DNA from: Phoronis australis
Taxonomy: Eukaryota; Animalia; Phoronida
NCBI GenBank assembly: GCA_002633005.1
Contig: NMRA01000165.1
Coordinates: 310,600 to 374,599 of the forward strand
DNA: 64,000 bases
Direction of reading: 5' to 3'
Of this stretch, positions 36,323 to 50,258 are shown one piece after another. The notes below the pieces were generated by a model. That model worked only from the letters and a program-made list of their open reading frames with translations, searched no databases and was not told the origin of the DNA. The translations under genes were made by a program, and so were the position numbers. Position 1 is the first letter of the stretch. Every line of letters starts with the position of its first letter.

Positions 36323-39150
36323 ATGTTCTAATTTGTTGATATGACAACCCTTCGACGAGTTGATCGTGGATCATGTGACATAGTATAGGCTGCCAATGAC
36401 AAGGTGACAGACCCGTGCCACTGTTACTTCGATGACACTCCTGTACAAAAAAAACACCTAATGTAACGCAACTTCAATACAAATTGTTTGTAAAATATGA
36501 AGGGCGGGGACAAGCTTGGATAATGACATCGTGTGTTGTTTGAACGATGATTTCAAGGCAATGGAACATGGGACCTGGTTTCAGATTCTGAGTTCCAGAA
36601 ACTGTTGCTGAAACCATATTTGTGATCCCATATTTCAGGTTTTGAGTCAACGAAACGTCGAAAATTCATGACTCTACTACTCAACATTGCTCAGTGGACC
36701 CTGGAACTGGACGGTTGTACACGTCTTACCGATTCTTCTTCGACAAGATGAGAATGAAGTTACTGGAACGAAGTTCCCGGTACCGGAATTTAGCTTGAAC
36801 ATGATTCTAGGTGCTAAAGTCACTGAAGCCTCTGAGCTGGAATGAAATAATAATGCATGAATCTGCCATATGCCCTCTGAGGCAGAGCCATATCTTGCCT
36901 AGTGACTGGAAAACTTAGGAACACTGGACACAGGCTAGAAATACCAACACGGTTTGATTTTGACGGTCGCCGGGATTCCATTGAACAATTTATTGAACAA
37001 TTTAAGCGTCACCTGTTAACCTAACCGTGTCGACACAACGCTCACTTAAAGAGGCACGTAACGCGAAAACTCGTAAAAAATACCTGTTTAAACAGATCGT
37101 GGCGAATCTTCTTCTTTTGGATGCTAACGTGAGAGATAACCAATTTTTGAAGCACAGGCGACTCGGAAATAAAAACTCTTTCATCCTAATACAGTTTTCA
37201 ACTTCTCCGCCCGTAATAATGCGTTCAAAAAAGTCAGGCTTGGTTGAATTCGCTTTATTACAGCAAAGGTCAGAGGTTATATTTTCCATGTAAAGGGAAT
37301 GTGCTACGTCTATGTCTTCGAATGAGAGGTGCTTTGCCGTGTGGGAGAAAGTCGACCACGTGACGAGGAGTTAGCAGATCGTTTTTTTTTAAATTTGAAA
37401 CTAAAGGGAAATGTTTTGACGTCAACAGATATTCATAATATTTAAGAAAAAAAACCGCAAAAATTTTTGGTGAACAATTTGACTTCAGTGGCAAAGAATC
37501 ACTTTGAATAATGCATTAGTCTGTTTTTCATATTCTGTGTCACAGAATATGCAGTAAAACGAAGGAAAGTTAATAACAAATATTTTCGGGTAATGCGTTC
37601 TGAACACCAGCAGTTGCGTTTATCCGAAAAAGCACTTCCTCCAAGAAAAGGCCCCATGAGCGCTTTTTAGTTCCTACCATACACGAACTGTATTCTACCA
37701 CCAAATTCAGGCTACTTCTGGTTCCTGTGCTACAAGAAGTGGGGACAATCGTCACAGTCTCACCTGGTCGTCACCATTGAAGTTTATGTAAAAGTGTTCA
37801 CTTTCCCTGACACCCATCCCTCCCCAGCAGTTGTAGTGACGAAGTGAAACCCGTTTTGTTCGTGTCCCTTATCTACGTTATATTCGGATAATCTAACAAA
37901 GTTGCATCATATGCAAGTAGCGCACTTTCGATGACGTCACTGTAGTGGCTTACAATCGACCTTCCTTCATTAGCCATGAAACTTGGTTCACTGGAGTTAT
38001 GTGACACGTTACAAAATGTAACCGCGCCTATGTGAACGTAACGTGATAGGAGAGTCTTGGTTATCCGAAAATTTGAATCGAGTTGTTTTTCTTAATTTGG
38101 AAATTGTTTGCTTTTTCAATTATTGATTGCTTGAACCTCACAATTAAAACGATAATCTCCGTGCGTAGATGTGCAAGCTTGCCTTTTTCATATTTTTTAA
38201 TTTCACGGGCGTTCATCATCTCGCAGTACAAGATGATACCCTCCCGCACAGAACAGGGAGTTCTGTAGACCGCAAGACATTACCTTGCACTCGCGGCAAA
38301 GAATAAACATTTGTGGGATGTATACCACGGGCTATTGAACTCTCCAAACCATCACTTTAGTGGCCGCCATTTTGTTACAGGCTAGTAAGCGTCCGAGCCA
38401 TAGACATCACATTATGCCGTGTCCGACCATACTCGTGAAACACCCGCCTTTCAGTCGCGTGGTTTAACGAGGTCTTGCGAGTTTTTGTTTCTCTCACAAG
38501 AAACTAGGTGCATGGATCAAATGCTCCTAGAGCGACTCGTGCAATTGAAGTATTCTCGATTTTTTAGTTTTTGAAATGTATTCTGAAATGACTCGGGGAT
38601 CATTCTGCACATGGGAATAGAGCGTGACCTCTTTGCAATAAGTACTAAAAATGTTTTGACAAAATAAGTTTGTTTGTGTAGATGTGATGTATCTAAGATT
38701 TTACCGAAATTTAGTTAGTTAGAGATGTTTTTTACAAACTATGAGACCTACAATGGGTCTCCAAGAACGCAAAAATTGGCCACGAAACACCTTTTGAATA
38801 ACAATGTCGCAGAACCAAAAATCATGTGCAGCGAAATGTTTGGAGATATTATCCCCTCATTGATGTTTCTGAAACTGTCAATGAAAAGGTTACATATTAA
38901 GTTATTTTGGTGTCAAATTTGACTTTTAAGCTCAGCCGTGACATTTTTGCTTTTGACCTCACTATAAACACAACATAAAAATATAAACACTGCTTCCAAG
39001 AAAATTTCTCTTGTCAGTAAAACGTTTGCTTAGTCATTCAAACATATAATTGATTCACATGCAATGAGATATACAGTACATAAAATAAACACAATAAAGT
39101 ATAAACATTAAAAAACAACCAGAACAGTAAAACACATAGCTCCTGTTAAA

Positions 39151-39793
39151 TTATTTAACTTTGGGCTTGTGCTGTCCAGCTCCCTTCGCAGCACCCCTTT
39201 TGCCATGACCTTTACTAAGTTGTTTTCCCGTTCCTTTCGCCATCTCTTTTTTGGCCTTCAACGATGTTCTTGAGGGAGTATTCCGCCCGTGTCCTGGCTC
39301 TTCTCTCTTGTGTGCTTTCTTCACTGTCGGCACTGGGTCTGTGGACGTGGTGCTCAAAACCGCCTTTTGTTCACGTTTCTTAGTATGTGGATCATGATGC
39401 ACAGGCTCTGCACTTCTCACTGACGTCGTACTTCGACTGCTTTTGGTTCCCTTGTCTGTGCTGGCGGATGTCAATGCACTGCGAGACGACGAGCTTGGTT
39501 TTACTCTCGAACTCGACGTCACTCCCTGAGCTTGTGGGTAGCGTGTGTGACGCAGAGCAGACTTCCCGTCATATGGAGCCACGGTAGTAGCCATGGAGGC
39601 AGCGATCTGTGATCTACTCTTGGCATATTTGGTCTTGACTGTTTGTGACTTGTATTTACTTCTCTTTTTCCCCTTAATGTAGCCTTGATGCGGCTCATAT
39701 TGGCTCTCTCCTCCTAAGCGCACAATGATGTACTCTTCGTTATCAAAATTCTGTTCCAAACCCACGTGACAACATACGATATTACGTAGCATT
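39151..39793 (-). CDS. Orphan single-pass membrane protein, last coding exon (Lys/Ser/Thr-rich tail)
   Basis: TTGTTGCAG acceptor, phase 2 matches the exon at 41592-42130; MLRNIVCCHVG...KPKVK-TAA. Confidence 0.7.
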
Positions 39794-40719
39794 CTGCAAC
39801 AACAAAGTATTTGTTGTTTTCCTAATTGAAACTGATTAATTGAGAACAGATATAACAATGGAAGTAAAATAACCACGTGGCACTTGTTGCTCTGAACGTT
39901 TTACATTCAGTATTTCACGACAGTTTATTTCTTCCGATTTTTTCAGTTTAAAACCATGCTGTGTCCCCATAACTCATTATCCGGTCTGAATGGGTCAACG
40001 GGAAGGAGTTATGTTGGCATTCAGTTCGTGCTGCTCGAACACTAAGGCTAATGGACTCTGTCCGCTACCTGAGCTTGAAGTAAAGAAGCTGCCTAAATTT
40101 CTAAAGCTAATACGTGAGAAGAAGGGCTTTTACATTTGAGCTAAGCACTACGTAACCTCTCCGTAATTAACTATTTACATACACGCCAGAGAAGGTAAAC
40201 GTCCATTGCAACACAATTTTCCTGAACCTTGCAAATCAAAGCGTTACCTGAGGTAGTTGCGCTGCCCAAATGAAGCACAACACGGCACCGGGTGCTAAAG
40301 AACCCAGAAAACATCTGTCGTGAGGAAAGAACTTGTCATAGTATGAGTGGAAATATTACACGTTCCAAACTAATCTTTTGTTCCTCTCCCTATTTTATCT
40401 AGAGTATCTTTGCGGAACAGTTGATGTCGTGATTTGAAAAATACCGATAAAAGTACCCAACCAAATTTTCAACACACCTATTGACCTATTGTTTACTTGA
40501 ATGAATCCACATAGAAACGCAAAGCAGAGTGGTCTTCGAAGGTTTCAAGTTGCTGAATGAGAAACAACGAGTTGTTTTCTGGAACTGTTTTTTTTTAACG
40601 AAAAAGTGGGGATGGCGAATTCTTTTGAAGGACACGTGAAGCGAACAGAGAATTGTGATTTTATAATCCACTGCCAGATGCACTTTGTAACAGCTTTGTG
40701 AATTTAACATATTCCAAAT

Positions 40720-40875
40720 TTCTTTCAAAACTGTTGCTCGACAAAGCGTAGAGCGAAGCCAGCAAACGTGGCTAAAATTGGTGACTGACTGACTGACTGA
40801 CTGACTGACTGATAAACGGAAGGATGTAGACGAGAACGCAGGTCCCCCCTGCCTCCCTTTGGTGTAGCTGACAAA
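40720..40875 (-). mobile_element. HINE/DINE-1-like (Helentron-associated) element fragment with (TGAC)n
   Basis: Minus strand: T-run, short GC-rich segment ending GGGGGGACC, then a (CAGT)n microsatellite at 40783-40812. Confidence 0.4.
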
Positions 40876-41591
40876 CGAATGACTTTGCTCATATTATTTA
40901 AATTCTGTGGACTATTCGGAAAATGTTAATTACGAGAATATTTGTTCGAGCTGGAAGAACTTGAAATACCCCAACTGCCAAAGTTATTCATCTGCTCTCG
41001 GAAGGTGAACATAACAACCTACAGTTCAGCAAGCGTCGGTGTACAGTTTGGGAATAGGATGTGTCACCACCTAGTATAATTACTAAGTTCAGTTTCCCGC
41101 GATACGTTAACATTTAAGAACCAGTGTCGTAACGAACACTGTCCTCGTAACCCCTGTTTACACGCGCGGATTTTTCGAAAAAGGAGTTCATGAAAAAAGA
41201 TCGGATGGTGAGGACAATGGTCCAAATTTTTCTGAGTCGAACGAAAGTCGTTAAAATCGCAGACATGCTTTATTTCAATGGACGAATTGTATGCAACTTT
41301 TTATCTCGGAAAGTCGAGCCGGAACAGTTGCCTCTGTTTACGCCCCGACTAGCTATACACGGCGGTCAACTACGAAGTCGTACAGAACTAATCAGAAGCT
41401 GCAGACATGAGGGATTTTATAATATTGGAAGGCCTATGTAAATTCTGCTCACCACCAGTCAGTTAGGATTTCTATTGGTCTGGCTGCGACTGCATGCGTT
41501 TAGTGTCCTATAATTATAAACAGCTAGTTCTCAGGTTCCTAGCATTTGTGTACTGTGATTACATAGCATAAGGCCGTATATGCATACATAC

Positions 41592-42130
41592 TTTTTAAAT
41601 CCGCTGTAGAACCATCCCTCTAAGATGTCCTCCATACAAACACGAAACCGACATTTATAGCCACTTTCAGTGCGCACGCACGAACAACAAAGACCCTGAA
41701 GTAACATCATGGCCGTTAGCAGCATTAGAAGGAACAACACAGCAAGGATTGATATAGTTAGCTCGTAATGCCGCCACTCGGAGAAGCCGGCCGTCGTCTC
41801 CATGAACCGCAGTTGGTCCACGTCAATGGATCTTGGGACGATTCTAGCATAACTGTGAGTGTGTTCGTTTCGCTTATTATTTAGTTTCCGCTTGTGATCA
41901 ATAAAGCGAGCAGGAAAGGCAGTCGCTTTCTCATTTAAGACACTTCTAGGCCGAGACAGGGGTGTGGAACTGTACACTGAAAGGAATCGATGAGGTTCTG
42001 CGCGAGGGAGCCGTAGCCAGGTTTTTAAATACCTTTCATTATTGTAATGATATGGTCTGCCAAGTATGTCAGTTACGTTTCTCAAATTTATAAGCACCGC
42101 CAAAAATGCTTGCACGGTCGCAAATTTCAT
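41592..42130 (-). CDS. Orphan single-pass membrane protein, first coding exon
   Basis: MKFATVQAFLAVLINL (signal-like) ... TISILAVLFLLMLLTAMMLLQGLCCSC (TM + Cys); donor AA|GTATGT, phase 2. Confidence 0.7.
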
Positions 42131-44829
42131 TTTTAACGCGAAATTAGGTAGTCGCGATTGTAAATGAACTCGTATTTTTACATAACCGTGACGTCATCCA
42201 ATTCACTATCTCTCTCAAACATTTAGCTGTGTTAAAGGGTTAGTATTACCAAGATTTATGTCGGTCTGTGTTCCGTCCAAATTATGTGAACGCTTATTCA
42301 ATGCCTGCATTGCCGCAGCAGGTTAGAGGATTAGAGTTCGTCAATCGGTATAGACCGATACGCGATGAATATTGCGAAGAGTGACATGAATGTTTTAAAA
42401 TAGCTCACGTGTGGGTAAATCGACATCACCAGGTTCTCGTTTCCGGGTCTCTGGTCAAAAGGTCCTCCCATCATCTATACCACTCGGTGACCATGTGAAT
42501 GCAAGGGATTGGTACGTGTCGTTTGCCTACTAAAGCGATGTTGCCTGTCTTCATGACATGCATCCTAGAAAATCCACGTGCTCATTTCGAAAACTTATAA
42601 AATATATAAGCTGATTTTCTTTATTGTCGTTCCCATGTGTTTTTTTTTCCACACAAATTTTAATCGGACACGATTTACCCGTTATTCTGAATTCCACCAA
42701 ATTTGCCAGGATTAATACCGGGAAATTTTATTTATGAGTTACCACGGTGCGTTTACTCACTTTAATGAATGCCTGCTGTGTCTCCTCTACATATTTCTGA
42801 ACCGTGTCTTTGTTTTCACGGGTGCCGCCGGCCCTGCGCCTACGCTGGACGCCAAAGGTTTTCTCTGAAACTATTGGGGAGGGGGGATGTGTGCTTTCCC
42901 CCAGTTCATTTCTTCCTTCGGCCCTGTACAAGAACCATTCACATGAGCGCTGTATCAGCGGAGGTCGATACGCATAACTATAGCAGATAACTTTCATATG
43001 AATAATTTGCAAACCTTTTCAAAGATATTGGAGAAATTGTGCTGTTAAAGAGTTCCGGTCACGTGGGTAACTATACAACTTGTGGCAGGTATTAATGTTG
43101 ATTCTATGTACGCAGTATCACATGAGAAAAAACTAGCCAATTTTACTTCAGATGGCAACTCAGTTCTTTGCCGTATCCGTTGACGGCTGGCATGTTGCCT
43201 CCATGTAATTTACATTCGGTGATTTGATTTTCGAGGGGACATATGACTTAGCTTTACTCGAATGTAAGAAAATACTTGCTCATTTTTGGGTGCTCAATGC
43301 ACACGTTTTACGTTGAAACAGGGCGGCACTGATGTTTACCAGAGATTGAGAGAATTTGTGAAGTATACAGTATTGGCCAGATTAAAAACGAGATTCATTT
43401 TGTGTCGCACTGGCCTGTCCTTGGTGATGTGTGCCGAAATTTGCTGACGAATATGACAGATGATACCAGAGTAGCGAAGCCATGATCTTTATGAACCAGA
43501 AAGCCTGGCGCTAAGAGCTGAACGCTTATCATTGTAAAGTTGGAGGCCAATTCCTACATTTAATAAATATTTTTGATTCTGACGCGCATTTAAAGTTGCT
43601 ATCATTCATCACGGAAACATTAAACGTGGCATTAAATTTAGACATAGAAACAGAATTGCACTTTCTTCTCTAATGTAATTTATATTCTGATCTACGTGTG
43701 CTGTTCTTACCAAGATACGATAAAGAGGACGAGAAAGTGTTCAGAAATTTTCTACAGACTCATGACTTAAATATCCCGAGAAGAGTTGTTAGATATTTAA
43801 TTAATGCTGAAAAAACGTCGAAATGAGTTCCTTGATATGAATTAATTTAGATTTGAAAAATCTTGTACTCTCAAGGTATTATGTATTTTGTAATGTGGGC
43901 CGGAGGCCTGTTAGATGAAATAAACGACTAGTATTTTTCATAGTGGAATTAGTCTCAGATTGTTCCCTAGCCAAAATAGGTGTGATTTATGAGCTTGGAA
44001 ACAACTCACAATTTGTTGTTTTTTTCGGACCAAGCTTGTGAAATTTCCGGTCACGTGCTTGGTCTAAAGAAATAACGAACTCTCAGTTCTTCTGATCCCA
44101 GAGATAGTTTCTAAACCGATACAGGAACAGGACAAGAGAACACTTATTTTATATCGTTAAGTGATTTAAATCAAAATTTGTTTTTGACGGAAAGCACGGG
44201 TTTAATGCTGTCTCCGAATAAAATACTTGTCGATCAAATGACTTCAAGTCGAACTCCGCTGAGGTCGTTCGTATACTGATTCTTCGCCGGTATTTCGACA
44301 ACACCATTGTTTGTGATCAGGCTAGCAGTGTTGGACTGTTTGTGTCAACAGGAAGGCCAGGCCCGTAGCAAGCATTGAGCGGGGGAGTGGTTCGAATTTC
44401 TAGAACGATGGACCTTCCACACTGTACTGAGAGTTTTCGGTAAGGTCCATGACGCAGCTTAATTAGAGGGAAGGGAAATCTATATACACAACGGTGACTC
44501 TCATCTCTACGTTCATGAGATGAGACGGAATTTCTAATATCAGAAAAGTAATGAGGATGCTGTGACGGTTGCTCGCATAGAACGGGACACAAATTTTGTT
44601 GTAATTTGGTCCAGAAGGAGAACGTTCTTGCATTATCTCCGGTCAAAATTTCAAATCAGCCATGAGTGATTACACTTTATTACATACTAGGACGGAAATA
44701 TGATGTTTAGTCGGCGAATGACATGACGAAATTGTTTATCTGGTTGTATTTTGCGTGTTACTTTTAAGTAACTTAAAAGTTGGTTCATATCGCTGAACAT
44801 GGGAACAGCCCACTATTTCGAATGTTCAA

Positions 44830-44900
44830 TACTTCAAAGGTTTACTATTCTGAAGGTTCACTATTTTGAAGGTTCACTACTCTGAAGGTTCACTGCTCCA
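44830..44900. repeat. 15-bp tandem (GAAGGTTCACTATTC-like), about 4 copies; probable transposon subterminal array
   Basis: AAGGTTTACTATTCTG-AAGGTTCACTATTTTG-AAGGTTCACTACTCTG-AAGGTTCACTGC. Confidence 0.8.
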
Positions 44901-47289
44901 AAAATATCTTAACTTGCAAACTCAGATGTAATTTTTAAACTTTTACATGCAAAAATAAACGATACAACGCCTTAGATGCACCGAAAACAAGGCCCGGACA
45001 CTAAAACACTTTGTTTGGATTTCATGTTGACAGTGACCACCGTCTCTAGCTGGCCAGTACAACTAGAAGCGGTGGTCAGATTTCACGTGCATGCGAAATT
45101 GCCCGCAAATAAGTACGCACTTCCATTTTTAAAATGACATGGAGTAGGAATACTTATGAATTGTCAACCACGACACATTCATCAAATCAATGTCAAAATG
45201 CGATATGTTCGGTGTCCAGCGATACTGGAAAGTTTAGGGCCGCTGCATGGGCGTTAAGTAATAAAGTCACTGGCCTCGATTTCACCAAATTTAATCGGCT
45301 AATGCTGTAAACGTAAACCTGCCATAGCCAGCCGACTTTCTACCTCATCAAGCTCCATAGGAGTTTTAGAAATGTTCCACTCATATCGCACGACAGTAGA
45401 GCACTCGGTTTGGTTCATAAATGCCTATTCTTGAGAAGACATTTCTACAATGTTTTTGGGTCGGCGCTTCACCTTTATTTCTCACAAATACTTATGAGAT
45501 AAGCCCTTCATGGCTTTTTCCGCCAGGGCTTTGCACCACATACCGCCGCCGTGGCAGCAGCGTAACAGCTGATGAGGTTATGTGTATCCTATAAAAATGT
45601 CCAAATATTTCTAATTTCGGAACATCATATCCCACAAATGACTGATCGGTTTCATATGAAACTTTCAGACACTATCATGCTTTATGCACTGTTTGCCAAA
45701 ACGCTTTTCCGAATCGTTTTAAAATGTGACCACTTTTGTATAAGGGGTTATAAAAATCAACAGTAAATGAAAATGAAATGATAATTCAGAAAACCGTAAC
45801 AGCGTTTTTGAGATTTCATTTGAACATTAACAAGTTTTGGTATGTTGTTGATAACCTGGGTTTGCTATCGACGTACCTTCCTTTTGCTAAATTTTACAAA
45901 AAATGCATAGTCACGTGACCCAGCTAATGACAGTTTGAAAAAAAAGACAAACATCAAATTCTACAGGCTATCTACATTCTCAAAATATTTACTTTTAAAG
46001 TCAAAGATAAAGATTTTAGCCTTGTGAGAGGAATCGGAGATTTGTTATAACATAGATAATAAATCCTACCCAAAAAATCTCCAAAGTGCGTTTTCTGTCG
46101 TAAAATCGAGTGTGTCCTTTTAAAACGAGCGTTCACAAAGCTTTCCTGTCTACTGTCTTGCGGCGAGTAATTAGCATATGCTAATTATCTGGCCTATCAC
46201 GTCCGATCACGATGGGCTACCAGAGTCCCAAAACGACATTTGAAGCTTTCTCCAAGAATGCGGATGCTCTGATTTGGGAGCAGACGAGGTCTTTTTAATT
46301 CTCACAGTTGCCGTGTAATTCACTAAAAGCGTAGGTCACGTTTGCCCGTTTAGCAGACTTTGAAAGGAGTTTTCAAACTTTCCTCCAAACTTTGAGTGTT
46401 GTCGAGGGTTACAGAGCATTATTTTGTTTCAGATAAGTGAACTGGAAAGTCATTTTAGTATCTGATAACAGGACAAAACCGGGTTTAACAGGCTTTAAAT
46501 TGGACCATTCACCTTTGTCGGAAATGGAAAATGTTTTCCTGATTTAGTTACGGGTTTACCTCAAATGTGAAAGTGCCACGCTACTAAAATTTGTTGCTAA
46601 GAATTCCCGGGTGACTTGTTTCACTGCTACGGTTACGCCTCTAATCTATGTAGCCCATGAAAACTTTGCAATACATATGCTTTGGAGCCGTCAGATGTCA
46701 GGGTGGTATGGTCTACACGTCTGACCACCCTGTCTCTGTCGCAGTATATTCTGCTTTTCCTCTATTAATAGGAGTTTTAAGATAGACCTTCTGATGAGTA
46801 TACAGCAAGAACAACCAAATTTCTTCATTTCTGTTGTGTAAATTTGGGTTTAACTCAACACTGTTTGATAGTTTTGGGCTAGAAAAAAAAACAAACCTTA
46901 ACGCAGCTCCACTGGCCTATCTGTTTGACAGCTAGCGTGCACAAAACCTAAAAATATGAAGAGTATGCTGGGTCAGAGATCATGCTGTAAACCGATTTTC
47001 CATCTTGAGACTAGTGCTTGTAAAAAAACGAGAAAACCCATAGCCAAATGTGTAGTTTCCACCCCCCGAAAGCCATTTGCATGCAATTAGGCTGCAACGA
47101 TCTGAGAAACACTGCGTTCAGATTGACAAACTCCTACAGATTACAGAAATCGGGTGATTACAGAAATCAGTTTTCTTACAAACTACTTTCAACTGCTCAC
47201 GTGCTTGTAGTAAGAAGATTTAAGACAAGCCGGGTCTGAGAAAAAATCAGTGTTTCCAGCCAAGGGTAAAACAACTTTCGTATTTAAAT

Positions 47290-47519
47290 CAGGGGCGGAT
47301 CCAGGATTTTGAGTTAGTGGGGCAGGGCTCAGGAATAAACAGAATGTCGGCAGATGCACGCGCCCAGCCCTAAGATGTAGGGATGCAGGGGTCTCTAATT
47401 GTTGGGTTTGAGAAACTATTGACCCAAACGGGGTTTGTTCAGGGCCTATGCATTGTTTCTTCACCCCCCCCCCCGAGCATCCCATGTACTAGTCAGCAAN
47501 CCCCTTAAATCCACCATTG
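47290..47519. mobile_element. CAGGGGCGGATCCAGG MITE, TSD TAAAT
   Basis: TAAAT|CAGGGGCGGATCC...AAATCCACCATTG|TAAAT; single N at 47500. Confidence 0.8.
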
Positions 47520-48975
47520 TAAATCACGCAAGTAGGCCTACTGTTTAATTGTAGACGTAATTCACATGCAGTACACAACTCGAAATGCCCATTCAAACTA
47601 ACGGTCGCCAAGGCATCGAGGCAGGTGTGCTGGAACAGTGGTTAAAAAAGCTGTCGACTACCACGCTTGAGAGGCGACCATGTATTGCGTGTGTCGATAA
47701 CCTCCAGCCCAGTTGTTCGTTCACACGGCATTGGTGAGACATAAATATAATTAAATGCATACATGAGCGCAGCTATTCTCATTATTGTATATGTATTTAA
47801 TGGCTGATAAAAAAATTGAGTAAACAATACTTATTTTAACTTGAACGTTTATTACAAGCGACGTTCCTGCATACACCACACGCTCATCAGTCGGGAAACA
47901 AGTTACCTGACAATAACCGACTTGAATTATTGATACATATTTTAATAATCTACCCGCATCTCCGCGTGAAATCTGCAGGGTTTGTTAGAAACTGAGCGCC
48001 TGCCCGGTGGTATAACCGAGACGAGAGCAGACGCGGCGGAGGTCTATTGGCAAATGTTTTGACTACATGTGTATACATCTAAATCGTAAAGTCATTCTTG
48101 CGCCTTCGGGGTATCATGTATGAGGCAGACCCTGGACGGTGAATCTTGTGTGTAAGGTAAGGTGGTTATAGTGTACGTGAAACCGAAGCAAGCGTTGTTG
48201 TTTTTGTTAACACGAATTTCTAAAATATCGCTGTAAATTTCATTAAAATTTCCAGCAACCGAAAGAGAATAGTTGCCACTCATTACCCTGGTTGTTGTAT
48301 ATCAAGGCTGGTTGGTCTGTAACATTACAACAGATTTAGGTTAAACATATACATTGTATTGTTAGGATATCGTCTGTTGTCTTATATAGGTAATCGTAAA
48401 GAAGCAAAAAGAAAAGTTAACATTGCCTTGGATGTTAGTGTGTGTATTGCTTAAAAGATCAATCTGCATAACGCAGTCTTCAGTCATCGCTGAACTACAC
48501 ACCTTGCCAACGTTTGCTTTCTGCAATATATATGCAAGTACCACGTAGTCAACAGGTGTGGAAGACATTAGGTGAAATCATGACTCATTAACAATTTGCA
48601 AACATTTTCAGTAGAAGGTTTTATGTCACGCATAATCAAAAATCAATAATTTACAAAGACAACATCTGTGTAGTGGTAGTATATCAGATGTGACGATTCC
48701 GCAACATGTGGAGGTTAGTTGTATTCAGGTATTGGGTAAGTTTGCAGTAGCATCTTGTTCCAGAGGCCTGTCGTATGGACAACTGATATGCCGTTGTGGC
48801 CAAGTTTCCTGGCGGCGGGTTACTTTTATATTTACGGGTATTCTACTTTTTAAACATTGTTTATTGTCTCTGGAAAGTAATTTGGTCCGATACTGGTTCA
48901 TAGATTAGCTCTATTGAGTGAGTAACAGAGTCACGACTGAGAAATTAAGTAGCCGCGAACAAGAGGAGGAGTTAA

Positions 48976-50258
48976 AGGCGAAGGCAACCTTTTTCCATGT
49001 CAGTTTGAGCTAAAATAAGGTTGGTTGGTTATCCTAGACATATTTTTCACTTAATTACAGCTTTTCGTAATTTTATTAATTATTCGTCCGCTTTTCCGGA
49101 AGTGACGTTTTAGGAGGCAAGCGCTTCCCGCCAATTTCTTTTCACATAGTCTGACTGTGAGAGCTGCCGAGTCAGTCATTGTTCTANNNNNNNNNNNNNN
49201 NNNNNNNNNNNNNNNNNNNNNNNNNNNNNNNNNNNNNNNNNNNNNNNNNNNNNNNNNNNNNNNNNNNNNNNNNNNNNNNNNNNNNNNNNNNNNNNNNNNN
49301 NNNNNNNNNNNNNNNNNNNNNNNNNNNNNNNNNNNNNNNNNNNNNNNNNNNNNNNNNNNNNNNNNNNNNNNNNNNNNNNNNNNNNNNNNNNNNNNNNNNN
49401 NNNNNNNNNNNNNNNNNNNNNNNNNNNNNNNNNNNNNNNNNNNNNNNNNNNNNNNNNNNNNNNNNNNNNNNNNNNNNNNNNNNNNNNNNNNNNNNNNNNN
49501 NNNNNNNNNNNNNNNNNNNNNNNNNNNNNNNNNNNNNNNNNNNNNNNNNNNNNNNNNNNNNNNNNNNNNNNNNNNNNNNNNNNNNNNNNNNNNNNNNNNN
49601 NNNNNNNNNNNNNNNNNNNNNNNNNNNNNNNNNNNNNNNNNNNNNNNNNNNNNNNNNNNNNNNNNNNNNNNNNNNNNNNNNNNNNNNNNNNNNNNNNNNN
49701 NNNNNNNNNNNNNNNNNNNNNNNNNNNNNNNNNNNNNNNNNNNNNNNNNNNNNNNNNNNNNNNNNNNNNNNNNNNNNNNNNNNNNNNNNNNNNNNNNNNN
49801 NNNNNNNNNNNNNNNNNNNNNNNNNNNNNNNNNNNNNNNNNNNNNNNNNNNNNNNNNNNNNNNNNNNNNNNNNNNNNNNNNNNNNNNNNNNNNNNNNNNN
49901 NNNNNNNNNNNNNNNNNNNNNNNNNNNNNNNNNNNNNNNNNNNNNNNNNNNNNNNNNNNNNNNNNNNNNNNNNNNNNNNNNNNNNNNNNNNNNNNNNNNN
50001 NNNNNNNNNNNNNNNNNNNNNNNNNNNNNNNNNNNNNNNNNNNNNNNNNNNNNNNNNNNNNNNNNNNNNNNNNNNNNNNNNNNNNNNNNNNNNNNNNNNN
50101 NNNNNGGAAGCGCTTGCCTCCTAAAACGTCACTTCCGGAAAAGCGGACGAGTAATTAATAAAATTACGAAAAGCTGTAATTAAGTGAAAAATATGTCTAG
50201 GATAACCAACCAACCTTATTTTAGCTCAAAATGACATGGAAAAAGGTTGCCTTCGCCT
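48976..50258. mobile_element. Kolobok-like non-autonomous DNA transposon spanning the N gap
   Basis: TTAA|AGGCGAAGGCAACC...GGTTGCCTTCGCCT|TTAA; near-perfect TIRs over at least ~150 bp; RR termini with TTAA TSD. Confidence 0.85.

Noticed and set aside
46690-46735. Hairpin CAGGGTGGT...ACCACCCTG as a pre-miRNA
   Set aside because: Stem too short; no supporting evidence.
49157-50183. 330-aa ORFs made mostly of X (also at 30774-31766)
   Set aside because: Artefacts of N gaps; only the THAP segment at 31479-31592 looks like real coding sequence.
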